IMG/VR virus record: IMGVR_UViG_3300005747_000096 | Coordinates: 1-53,443 of that record | DNA: 53,443 bases | Reading direction: 5' to 3' (one strand) | Origin: a virus | Lineage: Duplodnaviria; Caudoviricetes | Shown: one piece after another, positions 10,766-19,817 of the stretch | Layout: each line of letters opens with the position of its first letter | Numbering within the stretch: position 1 is the first letter of the stretch | Made by a program: the position numbers and the translations under genes | The notes under the pieces: model-generated | Database searches by the model: none | What the model was told of the DNA's origin: nothing | The model's input: only the letters and a program-made list of their open reading frames with translations

Positions 10766-10980
10766 TACTCTGCTCCCTTAATCATTTCATCCCGAAGGGT
10801 TTTAAACCTACGGAGTTCAGCGATAGCGCCCTGTATTTCTAAGACACGGTGAGGATCTTTCGTATTTTCCAGTTGCTGGTGAAACCCTGCAATACGAACA
10901 GAAACATACTCATGCAACAAATCCATATAGGTGGGAGTGTTCACCAACAGGAGCATAGACTTACAAAACTGTTTATCCAT
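10765..10980 (-). CDS. Small conserved protein downstream of portal
   Basis: 71 aa, 'IQGAIAELRR', translationally coupled on both sides. Confidence 0.75.
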   Translation of the reverse strand: MDKQFCKSMLLLVNTPTYMDLLHEYVSVRIAGFHQQLENTKDPHRVLEIQGAIAELRRFKTLRDEMIKGAE

Positions 10981-13127
10981 TATTGCACAGGGCCTTGCGG
11001 TGCTTGATTAGGATCAGGCTGTGTATTACCGCCATTGTCGCCGCCGCCAGCACCCGTGAAACCTTCTGCTCCTGGCTCTGGGGCTGCTCCTGGCGCTATA
11101 TTACCGCCGCCTGTTCCTGTTGGGTCTGAAGGGCTAGGTGGCCCACCCTCTTGCTGTTGCTGTGGCTGTTGAGGCATCATTGCCTGTATCTCAGCCATCA
11201 TTTTAGCTTGTATTACAGCCTCTCGTTGATCGTTCAGGATCTTGTCTTCATCTAAGTCCATGCTGGCTGCTAATTCACGCAAGACGTAATCGTATTTAAC
11301 AAACGGAGCCATCTGTGGATTTTGAGTCATCTGCATAAACTGAAGTAAGCGTTGACTACGGATTTCGTTACGCATCAGGCTTTCTGTGCCTTTAGCGATT
11401 ACGTCCAGATCCCCTACAAATTCCTTATCAAACAGGAACTGCATATTAAAACTAAACAGAGCTTTTCCTAGTGGAGCCAGCAAGTAATCATCTATGTTTC
11501 TGACTACTGCTTTAATGTTAGCTTGGGCCGCTCCCATCAACATGCTCATACCACTAGCAGTACGGCCTACACCTGTAATACCAGTACCGCCGTGACTGTA
11601 GCTAGGGATGCCTGTAGCCTCATCGGCTAACTGCCTAGCCTTGTCGTACATCATCATTAATTCATTAGAAACATTCGGAAACTTAGTGCCGTGGATGGCA
11701 GTACCTACTTGGCCCCCTTGTCTGCGAAACACTTTGCCGGGATATACCGTTAAGTCTTGCCCCGGCACCAAATTTGTTTCATCGACTTCGATTAACAGAT
11801 TACCAGAAAGCGCCGCATTATCGATTCCGAGCCTGTAGAAGCCATTCATTAACAGTTGTGTATCTTCCATATTTTCAGCGACACCGATGCCAAAGAAAGA
11901 ATATGGGTTATGCTCATATGGAACAGAATGATAAGGAATACGGTTAGGGGTAAATGGGTTTAAAACAAGACGAACTATCTGCCCATTACAAATCCACGCA
12001 TTGATCTGTATTTGATCATTATCTTCATATTCTTTGGGTATATCCAACTCTGCTTCATCTGCGAGTTCTTGGTCAATAATACCCCAGTACTCTAAAACCT
12101 CATACCTGTCGATTTGCTCACTACCTGCACTGTCTTCTAGTGCTTCTTCCCAGTACTCACGAATATAAGAAGGGCCGTAGCTTATAGCCAGTTCAATGCT
12201 TTCATCCCTAAAATATGGACGCTTCTTTAGTGCCCGCATTTGCGTTTTACTTAATCTATGACGCTGTACGGTATACTCAGCTTCGCCAATATTTCTAGAA
12301 TCTGGATCAGGATAGAAATCCCAAACAGAAGTATATTCTACTTTAGGAACTGTTTCATAAATCGGTTCATAGTTACCCTCTTCATCCCAACGAGGGTATT
12401 CTTTATCTGCAGCAAAAGGCCCTTTAATAATACCCTGCCCAAACAAAGCACACTCAAACGCCATTGAACGTAAATGCTTACTAGCTTGAGAAGACTCCAA
12501 CTGGTCATGCATTTTCTTCTCAAGGTTTTGTGCCGCACGTTTTGCAGGCTCAAAGGTAATAGATCCAGGTACCGTTCCTGCACCTAGTTCTAAGTCATCC
12601 TTAATAGGCTCTAGCTTTTCCCTATAAAGACCTAACTGCTTTGCAATATCAGGACGGGAAATACTACGTGGAACCTCATATTCTACGTTTGTCTTTTCTT
12701 TAACTTTTTCATCTGTCAGGGCGTTAGGGTTATAGCTAACTGCACCGGCAACATTATTCGGGTTATTACGTGCGTCTACACCAATTGGGAATTTACCGCC
12801 TGCAAACAGCACATCAATCATCTGGGCATACGCTGCCAGAACTTTTGTTTTGGTTACTTTAATAAAAGCCTGTGACTTTTCACTGTCGGTAAATTGAACG
12901 TCTGCACTATAAATACCACGGTAGTTTCTATATGCAGACAGCCATCTATCTTCGTCAGATTGTCTGTGCGTTTTGGCCCGTCTAAATTGACCATCAACAA
13001 AAGCAACTAGACTTGAATATTCTGTGTTTTCTTCTTCAACATCACCGTCTTCTTCCAAAGCAATAACACGATCTGTTTCCGTTGCTTCTTCTGGGTTTGG
13101 ATCAGTAGGTTTATCCATTAATGCCAT
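10980..13127 (-). CDS. Portal (head-tail connector) protein
   Basis: ~715 aa after TerL; 'WDFYPDP', 'NPYSFFGIG', 'RTASGMSMLMGAA'; likely start MALMDKP at 13127. Confidence 0.9.
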   Translation of the reverse strand: MALMDKPTDPNPEEATETDRVIALEEDGDVEEENTEYSSLVAFVDGQFRRAKTHRQSDEDRWLSAYRNYRGIYSADVQFTDSEKSQAFIKVTKTKVLAAYAQMIDVLFAGGKFPIGVDARNNPNNVAGAVSYNPNALTDEKVKEKTNVEYEVPRSISRPDIAKQLGLYREKLEPIKDDLELGAGTVPGSITFEPAKRAAQNLEKKMHDQLESSQASKHLRSMAFECALFGQGIIKGPFAADKEYPRWDEEGNYEPIYETVPKVEYTSVWDFYPDPDSRNIGEAEYTVQRHRLSKTQMRALKKRPYFRDESIELAISYGPSYIREYWEEALEDSAGSEQIDRYEVLEYWGIIDQELADEAELDIPKEYEDNDQIQINAWICNGQIVRLVLNPFTPNRIPYHSVPYEHNPYSFFGIGVAENMEDTQLLMNGFYRLGIDNAALSGNLLIEVDETNLVPGQDLTVYPGKVFRRQGGQVGTAIHGTKFPNVSNELMMMYDKARQLADEATGIPSYSHGGTGITGVGRTASGMSMLMGAAQANIKAVVRNIDDYLLAPLGKALFSFNMQFLFDKEFVGDLDVIAKGTESLMRNEIRSQRLLQFMQMTQNPQMAPFVKYDYVLRELAASMDLDEDKILNDQREAVIQAKMMAEIQAMMPQQPQQQQEGGPPSPSDPTGTGGGNIAPGAAPEPGAEGFTGAGGGDNGGNTQPDPNQAPQGPVQ

Positions 13128-13128
13128 A

Positions 13129-14982
13129 TTAATATCCAAATGCTAAATCTGAGGGCCTGTAGCTCTGAGTAGGAACACCCTTGCCCATATCAAAAGGTGA
13201 AAAGGCTCTGGGCCTACTCATCACCCCATACCTGATAGAATCGTAGGTGTGGTCGGATGCAAATCTCTGATCAATGTCATCTGACCCTTTAGGACAGGAA
13301 GGTATGCTTGGTAGATCTGCGATAATCTGTCTGCACGTATTAAAGAATACAATTCCAGGTTGTTCTGTAATATCGTCTACCTTCATGCGTTGGTGTAATT
13401 GGTTCTTACCTGCTACCCGTGCGCCAGCGGTTCGATCACTAGGACGCCACCTACACCCCAAGCTAATCATTTCTTCAGCTATAGATGGGCCTAGTTGCCC
13501 ACGGTTATGCCAACAGCTTGAGTCCAGCACACCATACTGGATGCGATCCCCTAGTTCAGCTTCCATAACCGCATGGGCTAAATCTTTACCAGTATGCTTG
13601 GATAGGTATAGTTCTCTATAAACAATTAATGTTTCGTAGCTTGGATCTATTGCGTACCAATGTACCGCACTCCATGAACTATATCCGTAATCACATGACC
13701 TAAAGCGCACCCAGTCATCTGGTATATCAAAAGGCTCAATTACATGGTCGGACTGTTTAAACTCAGGGAACGCAGCGCCATCTGCTACTGCCCAATCGCC
13801 TTCTAATAATTGCCGCCGTTGGTTCTCTGGCAAAGATAAAAGGTTAGCTTCATATACTCCGTCTTCAGCTAGATAAGGATTGTCGTATAGGCTTGCAGGA
13901 ATAAACTTGCGGTAAAATAGCGGCTCACCCGCCTTTTCGTGTGTATCAGGGTACACAAGGGGTTTGCCTGTTTCGAGATCTTGCGCCACAAACTTTTTGT
14001 TCGCAGGGGCAGGATCAATAAACATCTTCTTGACCCACTGATGTCCTGGCCCGCCGGGGTTGGTAGTTGCCCGCATAAAGATAGGTAGGTCAGGATCTGT
14101 AGTACGAAGACGTGAGCGTAAATAATTGAAGCTGTAGGGGCTAGAATACTGAGTCAGTTCGTCTACACCAATATAAGAAAATGACTGACCTTGGTAACGC
14201 ATAACATCTTCGTCACGCTCAAGATATGTCATCCATAATCTTGCTCCGCTAGGGAACGTCCACTGGCTTTTCTTCTCCTGCCATTTCGAGCCTGGGTACG
14301 CTTTCGGGTAGAGTTCCTGTGACTTGAAAACCAATTCACGCAATTCGTCGTTTGTGCGGCGAAGGATGAGTCCACTGAATGCAGGATTTGAAAAATAGCG
14401 CATGGGATCTGCGAGTAGGCTGTAGCTTTTGCCGCCGCCTGCCGCTCCCCCGAACAAGACTTCTCTCTCTGGCGCTGCCAAGAAATCGGTTTGTGGCCCT
14501 GGATTTGGGGCGAATATAACTTCCTGTTTTTTTGCCTGCTCTTCAACGCTTCCGAAATCCAGATTATTGCTTGGCGTTTCTGGCTTATCTTCATGTTCAG
14601 CCAGCTTCTTAGTCATCAAAGTTGCTACCCGTTTAGCGTCTGATCTTTTACGCTTAACTGCAGCAATCTTTTTATCTTTAGCAGTCTTTGGCTTTCGCTT
14701 TTTATTAGCTTTATCGAGAGCGGCTATTCGTTTGCTATCAGGACGATGCTTTCTCCAAAGGATAATTACACCTTGATGGGAAATCTTTCTGCCTGCTTTA
14801 TCAGAAAGCCATTCTGCTACTTTTCTGGTAGCAAACCCGTTCTCAAGATAATCCAGTGCCTCTTCAACTAGAGCAACAATTCTCTCATCAGGAAATATCA
14901 GTAGAGGATTATCTTCATCAGCCACATACCCAAACGGTATTCTAGCTGTTCTGTTGGGCCTAGCTTTATTCTCCCACAGCAT
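13129..14982 (-). CDS. terL: Terminase large subunit with extra N-terminal DNA-binding-like domain
   Basis: Walker A 'GGAAGGGKS', Walker B 'IGVDE', 'ATTNPGG', nuclease 'DYGY' and 'DHTYDS'; likely start MLWENK at 14982. Confidence 0.93.
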   Translation of the reverse strand: MLWENKARPNRTARIPFGYVADEDNPLLIFPDERIVALVEEALDYLENGFATRKVAEWLSDKAGRKISHQGVIILWRKHRPDSKRIAALDKANKKRKPKTAKDKKIAAVKRKRSDAKRVATLMTKKLAEHEDKPETPSNNLDFGSVEEQAKKQEVIFAPNPGPQTDFLAAPEREVLFGGAAGGGKSYSLLADPMRYFSNPAFSGLILRRTNDELRELVFKSQELYPKAYPGSKWQEKKSQWTFPSGARLWMTYLERDEDVMRYQGQSFSYIGVDELTQYSSPYSFNYLRSRLRTTDPDLPIFMRATTNPGGPGHQWVKKMFIDPAPANKKFVAQDLETGKPLVYPDTHEKAGEPLFYRKFIPASLYDNPYLAEDGVYEANLLSLPENQRRQLLEGDWAVADGAAFPEFKQSDHVIEPFDIPDDWVRFRSCDYGYSSWSAVHWYAIDPSYETLIVYRELYLSKHTGKDLAHAVMEAELGDRIQYGVLDSSCWHNRGQLGPSIAEEMISLGCRWRPSDRTAGARVAGKNQLHQRMKVDDITEQPGIVFFNTCRQIIADLPSIPSCPKGSDDIDQRFASDHTYDSIRYGVMSRPRAFSPFDMGKGVPTQSYRPSDLAFGY

Positions 14983-15349
14983 CTTCAGTTTTCGGGGGTA
15001 GAATAAACACACCGCCGCCTTGGCTGGTGACCTCTACCTGTTCCTTCTTAACCAAACCTGTGCGGTCTAGTATTTCACGGGCTGCAGAGATCGAATTTCT
15101 TGCGCCCATAGCACTAGGATCATCTAGAACCCCAATAATACCAAAGGCCGCTTTAGGTGCATTCATAGCCAGCATAAGGCTTGCACGTTCAATTATTTCT
15201 TCCCGTAAGTTCTTAACTACTTCGCCACTTTTCGTGGTCTTAGAGTAACCCGCTATATCCATAGCTTTGCGGATATTTCCCCCTGCTTCACCCATCAGGG
15301 CATCCAAAAAGGTTAACTGCTTATCCGTATAATTTTTCTCTACTTCCAT
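14966..15349 (-). CDS. Probable terminase small subunit
   Basis: 'TDKQLTFLDAL..AMDIAGYS' HTH-like start, 'AAREILDRTG'; directly upstream of TerL; start MEVEK at 15349. Confidence 0.7.
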   Translation of the reverse strand: MEVEKNYTDKQLTFLDALMGEAGGNIRKAMDIAGYSKTTKSGEVVKNLREEIIERASLMLAMNAPKAAFGIIGVLDDPSAMGARNSISAAREILDRTGLVKKEQVEVTSQGGGVFILPPKTEDAVGE

Positions 15350-15624
15350 CACCCCATCGCCCTCATATATACAAAAGCTGCCCCGATAGACGCCGTAAAT
15401 ACGATCCACCAGATACGCTCAAAGAATTGAAGCTTATGGCCTCTAGACGCCGTAATTTCGTCCAGCTTTTGGATACGATCCCATATCATTTTTAACTGAT
15501 CGTCTACGTTATCCATCCGCTTGAAAACTGTAATCATACGCTCTTCCATGCGAGCAAGCGTTATGACTGCATTTGAAAGTGCGTCCAATTTGTCCTCAAT
15601 ACGAGTTAGGCGATCATCGCTCAT
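15349..15624 (-). CDS. Coiled-coil protein with C-terminal TM helix (holin/XhlA-like candidate)
   Basis: 'RLTRIEDKLD..' heptads followed by 'IWWIVFTASIGAAFVY'. Confidence 0.55.
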   Translation of the reverse strand: MSDDRLTRIEDKLDALSNAVITLARMEERMITVFKRMDNVDDQLKMIWDRIQKLDEITASRGHKLQFFERIWWIVFTASIGAAFVYMRAMG

Positions 15625-15839
15625 TTTTCCTTAGACCCCACTGCAAAGTAAGTGGCTACTAATCCAGACAAGGCTAGATATTGAGCCATGAGAATTGATT
15701 CAGCCGCTTCCATGCGTGTAGGATCAATTAGTGTAGCTAGTGTGCAGGCCAGCATCATCGCAAATGCGGCCCAACACATATGTCTACGGTTCTTCTGATA
15801 TGTTGCCATATCTAAATGCTGGCGTTCTTCTACGGTCAT
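15621..15839 (-). CDS. Two-TM small membrane protein (holin candidate)
   Basis: 72 aa with two hydrophobic helices and a charged C-terminus. Confidence 0.55.
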   Translation of the reverse strand: MTVEERQHLDMATYQKNRRHMCWAAFAMMLACTLATLIDPTRMEAAESILMAQYLALSGLVATYFAVGSKEK

Positions 15840-15985
15840 TTCTTGGCCTTCTTAACAGCCGTACCGCCTTTATTCATTTTACCCGCTTTTAAATCTTTAT
15901 AGGTTTTATCGCTGATCGTGCTTTTACCCTTGGAACGTGAAGTGCCAGCTTTCTTTCGAGCGTTCATATTTTTTAACAGAGACAT
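15836..15985 (-). CDS. Small basic protein (49 aa, not in ORF track)
   Basis: MSLLKNMNARKKAGTSRSKGKSTISDKTYKDLKAGKMNKGGTAVKKAKK; fills the gap, ATGA-coupled to the next gene. Confidence 0.7.
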   Translation of the reverse strand: MSLLKNMNARKKAGTSRSKGKSTISDKTYKDLKAGKMNKGGTAVKKAKK

Positions 15986-15989
15986 AAAA

Positions 15990-16232
15990 TCACCAATTCT
16001 TGCAAGACCAGTAACGGGCCGTTAGTTTAGATTTTGCCGTGCTGCACTTGTGTCTGGCACGAAAGGATTTACGGCGCTTAGGGTTGCTCTTCTTGATCTT
16101 CATATTCGGGTCGCCGTATCGAATAATCTTCTCAGTGCCGCCCTCACACGCCTTCACAACAAACTTCTTGGATTCACCCGGTGTGCGGCGGGGCTTATTG
16201 CATTTCATCTTGGATTTATCGATTGCCATCAC
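15990..16232 (-). CDS. Small basic conserved phage protein
   Basis: 'KKFVVKAC..IRYGDPNM..RRKSFRARHKC..ARYWSCKNW'. Confidence 0.75.
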   Translation of the reverse strand: MMAIDKSKMKCNKPRRTPGESKKFVVKACEGGTEKIIRYGDPNMKIKKSNPKRRKSFRARHKCSTAKSKLTARYWSCKNW

Positions 16233-16486
16233 GCCACCACGAAATCTACAATTTGCCCATCCGGGCTACGAAGCTTGTTAGGATCAGGATTATACGCATA
16301 CCTCTGATCAACCAGCTTTAGATTCTCGACGGGAGTATTCTCATCTATCGGTTCCACTGAACCCGCTTCACCCGCCCTAGCCTTCTTCTCTACCTGCTCC
16401 CCAGTACCGCTCTCAAAAATTACATTCACATGCGTCTGAAACGGCATACTAGGCAGAGGAAAGTGACTGATTAATGTCTCACCCAT
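16229..16486 (-). CDS. Hypothetical protein
   Basis: 85-aa ORF overlapping both neighbours in the operon. Confidence 0.6.
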   Translation of the reverse strand: MGETLISHFPLPSMPFQTHVNVIFESGTGEQVEKKARAGEAGSVEPIDENTPVENLKLVDQRYAYNPDPNKLRSPDGQIVDFVVA

Positions 16487-16946
16487 AATTCACCCAAGTC
16501 CACCAGAGCAGGCCGATAGCCGAACCAAAGACCACTACGAGGGCAAGACTCCACTGAATAATATTAGCGATAAAAGCTCTAGCCTTAGCACGATCTTCGG
16601 CTTCCTGCTTCTTGCGTACACGCTCTTTAGCCTGCCAATTGACCCAATCTTGATACAGGCCCGGTCGGCCAAACAGGCGCATAGCAGACTCGATTTCCTT
16701 CTTAGCCTCACGAATGCGCTCAAGCTCCATAAATTCATCAAAACTATCTTCGCTGCGTCCTAGCGCCATAGACAGAAGGGATTTCTTCTTAGACTCGCCT
16801 TCTGCCTTTAATGTCTCTTCGGCAGTGAGCAGGGCACTAAGCTGCTTACCCATTGAGGTAATATCAGAGCCGGTGCCTATTAATGTTTTGATCTGGCCTA
16901 CAGCGGCATTCGCCGCCGACACAATGGCAAGCGTTTCTGCTATCAT
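16479..16946 (-). CDS. Coiled-coil membrane-anchored protein
   Basis: 155 aa, C-terminal TM helix; GGAAGG RBS. Confidence 0.65.
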   Translation of the reverse strand: MIAETLAIVSAANAAVGQIKTLIGTGSDITSMGKQLSALLTAEETLKAEGESKKKSLLSMALGRSEDSFDEFMELERIREAKKEIESAMRLFGRPGLYQDWVNWQAKERVRKKQEAEDRAKARAFIANIIQWSLALVVVFGSAIGLLWWTWVNYG

Positions 16947-16977
16947 CCTTCCCCCCGAAGAATTAGCTAAATGTAGG

Positions 16978-17172
16978 TTAAGTTGTGCCCTGCATCTGAT
17001 AGCACTGGTAACGGGCGTAGAAGTTTCTACCGTTTTTTATATTTTTTACGTCTTCTTCAACTTGAGCCTTGCAAGCAGCCTGACTGAAAAACCCTTGGTC
17101 TGTTCGAACCAATACATCACAAGTTCTAACATCCATCGGAGAAGCGCAGATCAGGACAACTGCAATCCACAT
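16978..17172 (-). CDS. Small Cys-containing hypothetical protein
   Basis: 64 aa, hydrophobic N-terminus, 4 Cys; TAATG coupling. Confidence 0.6.
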   Translation of the reverse strand: MWIAVVLICASPMDVRTCDVLVRTDQGFFSQAACKAQVEEDVKNIKNGRNFYARYQCYQMQGTT

Positions 17173-17312
17173 TATTTTTTCTTCTTGTGGGCCATGCCAC
17201 CATACATCATCTTAGGCTTCTTATTAGCCATACCACCGTACATCATTTTAACTTTGGCAGGCTTACCCGCAGGGGGATTAGACGCACCGCACTTTGCTTT
17301 TTCCTTAGTCAT
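17172..17312 (-). CDS. Small basic protein with duplicated MMYGGMA (46 aa, not in ORF track)
   Basis: MTKEKAKCGASNPPAGKPAKVKMMYGGMANKKPKMMYGGMAHKKKK. Confidence 0.7.
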   Translation of the reverse strand: MTKEKAKCGASNPPAGKPAKVKMMYGGMANKKPKMMYGGMAHKKKK

Positions 17313-17541
17313 CTTCATTTTCAATTTCCCTGATAATAAATGGATTAGGATCTTCCACTACGGTTGCGGCTTCTTCTGTCTCGAAATATTCCGCATAACC
17401 TCTAAAGATAAGATCTCTGTTCTGTGCCTGCTTCTTGGTGATCAGGCCTTCCTCTAAAAGAAGGTCACGCACAGCTTCCAGAGATAACTCCTTGCCTGTA
17501 CGCTCACGAATAGCTGCACGAATGTATACGAGATTTATCAT
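17305..17541 (-). CDS. Hypothetical protein, first gene after the late promoter
   Basis: 78 aa ORF downstream of TTGACC-N18-TATAAT. Confidence 0.65.
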   Translation of the reverse strand: MINLVYIRAAIRERTGKELSLEAVRDLLLEEGLITKKQAQNRDLIFRGYAEYFETEEAATVVEDPNPFIIREIENEDD

Positions 17542-17567
17542 AGGGCCATTTCTGCCCTGATATAGTT

Positions 17568-17652
17568 ATTATAACATCAGGACTACATTTAGGTCAACCA
17601 CTTAATTGAGTGGCATTATTGGGATTGACTTTTCTGAAAAATGCTGTATAAT
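17568..17652. promoter_or_regulatory. Divergent sigma70 promoters flanking a palindromic operator
   Basis: (-) TTGACC-N18-TATAAT at 17597-17568; (+) TTGACT-N16-TATAAT at 17625-17652; between them the near-palindrome CCACTTAATTGAGTGG (17598-17613). Confidence 0.65.
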
Positions 17653-17683
17653 TTACTTGTAAGCCGGGGGTTAATACTACTAG

Positions 17684-17842
17684 CTAGTCATAAATACGGC
17701 TATAAATCTCACCTCTAGAGATACCCATATCCTTTAACTGTTTGTCAGACATATTCTGTAAGATCCAATAATCAGAACGTCTTTGCTGGTTCTTCTGGAT
17801 AGACTTCCAGAATCCGTTCAAGCTGTTAAACACATAATCCAT
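17684..17842 (-). CDS. DUF1127 family small protein (52 aa, not in ORF track)
   Basis: MDYVFNSLNGFWKSIQKNQQRRSDYWILQNMSDKQLKDMGISRGEIYSRIYD matches the DUF1127 core (L/M)SDxxLxD(I/M)G(L/I)xRxEI; AGGAG RBS; TGCTATAAT extended -10 upstream. Confidence 0.8.
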   Translation of the reverse strand: MDYVFNSLNGFWKSIQKNQQRRSDYWILQNMSDKQLKDMGISRGEIYSRIYD

Positions 17843-17910
17843 ATCAACTCTCCTAAGTTTGTGTTGCTAAGTATATTATAGCAGCACTCTACTAAGGGGA
17901 GTTTTGTTAT

Positions 17911-18747
17911 TTAGTAATATCCGCTATGCTTCTGTAAGTACAAGATAGCTTTCTGCATTATGGTAGGATCATCCTTAAAATGCCCTAACCCTGAGTTACA
18001 AGTAGGACATAAATAACTTCTAAACTTGCCAGTAGCATGGCAATGATCCAGATGAAATGTTACCTTTCGGTTATATCGACTCGATAAACCCTCTTCGTCT
18101 ATCCCGCAAATAGTACAACAATGATTTTCAGGTAAAGGATTATCACGCTTTAGCTCGTTAAGTATACCGTCTGATCTTTTACAACAACTCTTGCATCTAG
18201 AACCTCGCTTACCCGTTTTAGAGTTTACGAAATGAAACTGGTTCTTAGGCTTACTCTCTTCACAAAGCACACATCTTTTTAAACCATATTGGTTAACTCT
18301 CCATCTTAAAAACTCACCTAGTGGAACCACCTTTAACCAGTACTTAAATTGGTTAGAAGTAATATCATGTTTGTTCAAAAACCTACTGAGATCGTTCTTC
18401 CTCATAGAAACTACAAGATCAGAGATATGCCCATGTAACTTATCTGTAATAGTATCTAGCCTTCCATAACATTTACTATGGTAAGCATTTCGGTACTTTT
18501 CGTATAAGTTCTTAAATCCTTGGTGAGAGATATAGATGCCGCTTTCACTAGAAACCTTTCTAGCCAAGGAACGGAGCGAACTAAACTGCTTGCTATCATC
18601 CACTTGATCAAAAGCAGCTTCGATAACAGATATGCTGTCATCAATTCTATAATACATATCCAAATTATCCCCCACAGAATAACCCCAGGGAGGCCTTAAA
18701 CCAGGATTAATAACCTGCCTCTTAACAGGCCAACAGTCTAACCCCAT
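17911..18747 (-). CDS. Endonuclease VII-family (HNH-like) nuclease with N-terminal DNA-binding domain
   Basis: 'CTICG..LDHCHATGKFRSYLCPTCNSGLGHFKDD', central CxxC..CxxC; AT-richer than neighbours. Confidence 0.85.
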   Translation of the reverse strand: MGLDCWPVKRQVINPGLRPPWGYSVGDNLDMYYRIDDSISVIEAAFDQVDDSKQFSSLRSLARKVSSESGIYISHQGFKNLYEKYRNAYHSKCYGRLDTITDKLHGHISDLVVSMRKNDLSRFLNKHDITSNQFKYWLKVVPLGEFLRWRVNQYGLKRCVLCEESKPKNQFHFVNSKTGKRGSRCKSCCKRSDGILNELKRDNPLPENHCCTICGIDEEGLSSRYNRKVTFHLDHCHATGKFRSYLCPTCNSGLGHFKDDPTIMQKAILYLQKHSGYY

Positions 18748-19061
18748 TAATCTATGTTGAAGAGATCATCTACAGCGTCAGTGCTGTCCTCTATGCGCCC
18801 TGCCGTAGCCCGTAGCCTCTCAGCTAACCGGGTAAACTCATGGGCAATACTATACAGCTTCTGGTAACCGTTAATGTCACCATAAAACTCACTTAATTCT
18901 TCAGTAACGCCTTCAAGATCTACCTTAGTCTCAGTAGCCTCATCACCATCACCCACATAGATAAACGTAGCAAGATAACAAATGCCATCAGCATCTATAT
19001 CAAAGTCGTGATCTACATGAATCGGGATATCCAGCGTAATATCAGAGCCAAACTCACTCAT
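18747..19061 (-). CDS. Acidic hypothetical protein
   Basis: 104 aa ORF; upstream promoter-like TTGACT (19136-19131) with operator motif. Confidence 0.65.
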   Translation of the reverse strand: MSEFGSDITLDIPIHVDHDFDIDADGICYLATFIYVGDGDEATETKVDLEGVTEELSEFYGDINGYQKLYSIAHEFTRLAERLRATAGRIEDSTDAVDDLFNID

Positions 19062-19334
19062 AATATACTCTCAGTTAATAACAGCCTGCAGTACAGCCTG
19101 TGATTGATATATAACTAAGTGGCACAACTGAGTCAATAGGATTTTACATAATACAGGAACAAATTCCTGAATTTATGGTATTATGTTGACGAAAACAGAA
19201 CGAAAGTCCTGCAGGTAGCCTATTATCGGGGCGATTTACAAGCATGAAATCCCAAAAATAGGTAGGATTGGTGCACGATACCGGGATACCCCCCATCGGC
19301 GCTCGCCCCCGTCTGCTACAACGCAAGATTTTAT

Positions 19335-19347
19335 TAAACTATTGATT
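19335..19347 (-). promoter_or_regulatory. IHF-consensus site near the putative genome end
   Basis: AATCAATAGTTTA matches WATCAANNNNTTR exactly. Confidence 0.45.
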
Positions 19348-19566
19348 TTATTGCGTAATTTATGGGGATTTATGGGGCTGAAACTCTTTAGTTATGGGGC
19401 CAAGAGCAAAAAAAGCCAATAAAACAAAGGCTTTTCGGTAAAAAGTATCTGCAAAAAGTATTCAAAAGAAAGAAAAGCAAAAGCTTGCAGCGCAAAAGCT
19501 TTAAAATTCTGCAGGGGGTTGCACGGTGACGGGTTTATAAAGGCGGGGCGGGGGTTCTTTGGGTGC

Positions 19567-19621
19567 ATCGTTTGGCCCTTGTCTTTTAGTTTTGCTTTAT
19601 CGTTTGGCCCCTGTCTTTTAG
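19567..19621. repeat. 23-bp direct repeat in the non-coding end of the early block
   Basis: ATCGTTTGGCCCYTGTCTTTTAG at 19567-19589 and 19599-19621. Confidence 0.7.
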
Positions 19622-19762
19622 AATATGCTCTTACAGCCAATATAAGCCCCGCTGAGTAGCCCTAACCTGGTTTCCGCTGTTTATACCTAGACCGGCTAGG
19701 CTTTGCCTTCTCTATGGGCTTTATTTCGCCCCTTATTGCCGCCCTTTATTATACCCCCAAGC

Positions 19763-19792
19763 AAAAGCCCCGCCGGTTTAAGGGCAGGGCTT
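19763..19792 (-). terminator. Intrinsic terminator of the early operon
   Basis: AAGCCCTGCC-loop-GGCGGGGCTTTT right after the MTase stop. Confidence 0.65.
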
Positions 19793-19817
19793 CAATCTTT
19801 TGGTTTTGGCTTGGGGT

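Noticed and set aside
16714-17457. 247-aa plus-strand ORF and the many other antisense ORFs in the track
   Set aside because: They are shadows of well-supported opposite-strand genes, with no RBS or recognisable motifs
19144-19640. 60-aa and 82-aa minus-strand ORFs
   Set aside because: They lie downstream of the early terminator in repeat-rich DNA with weak starts; likely non-coding
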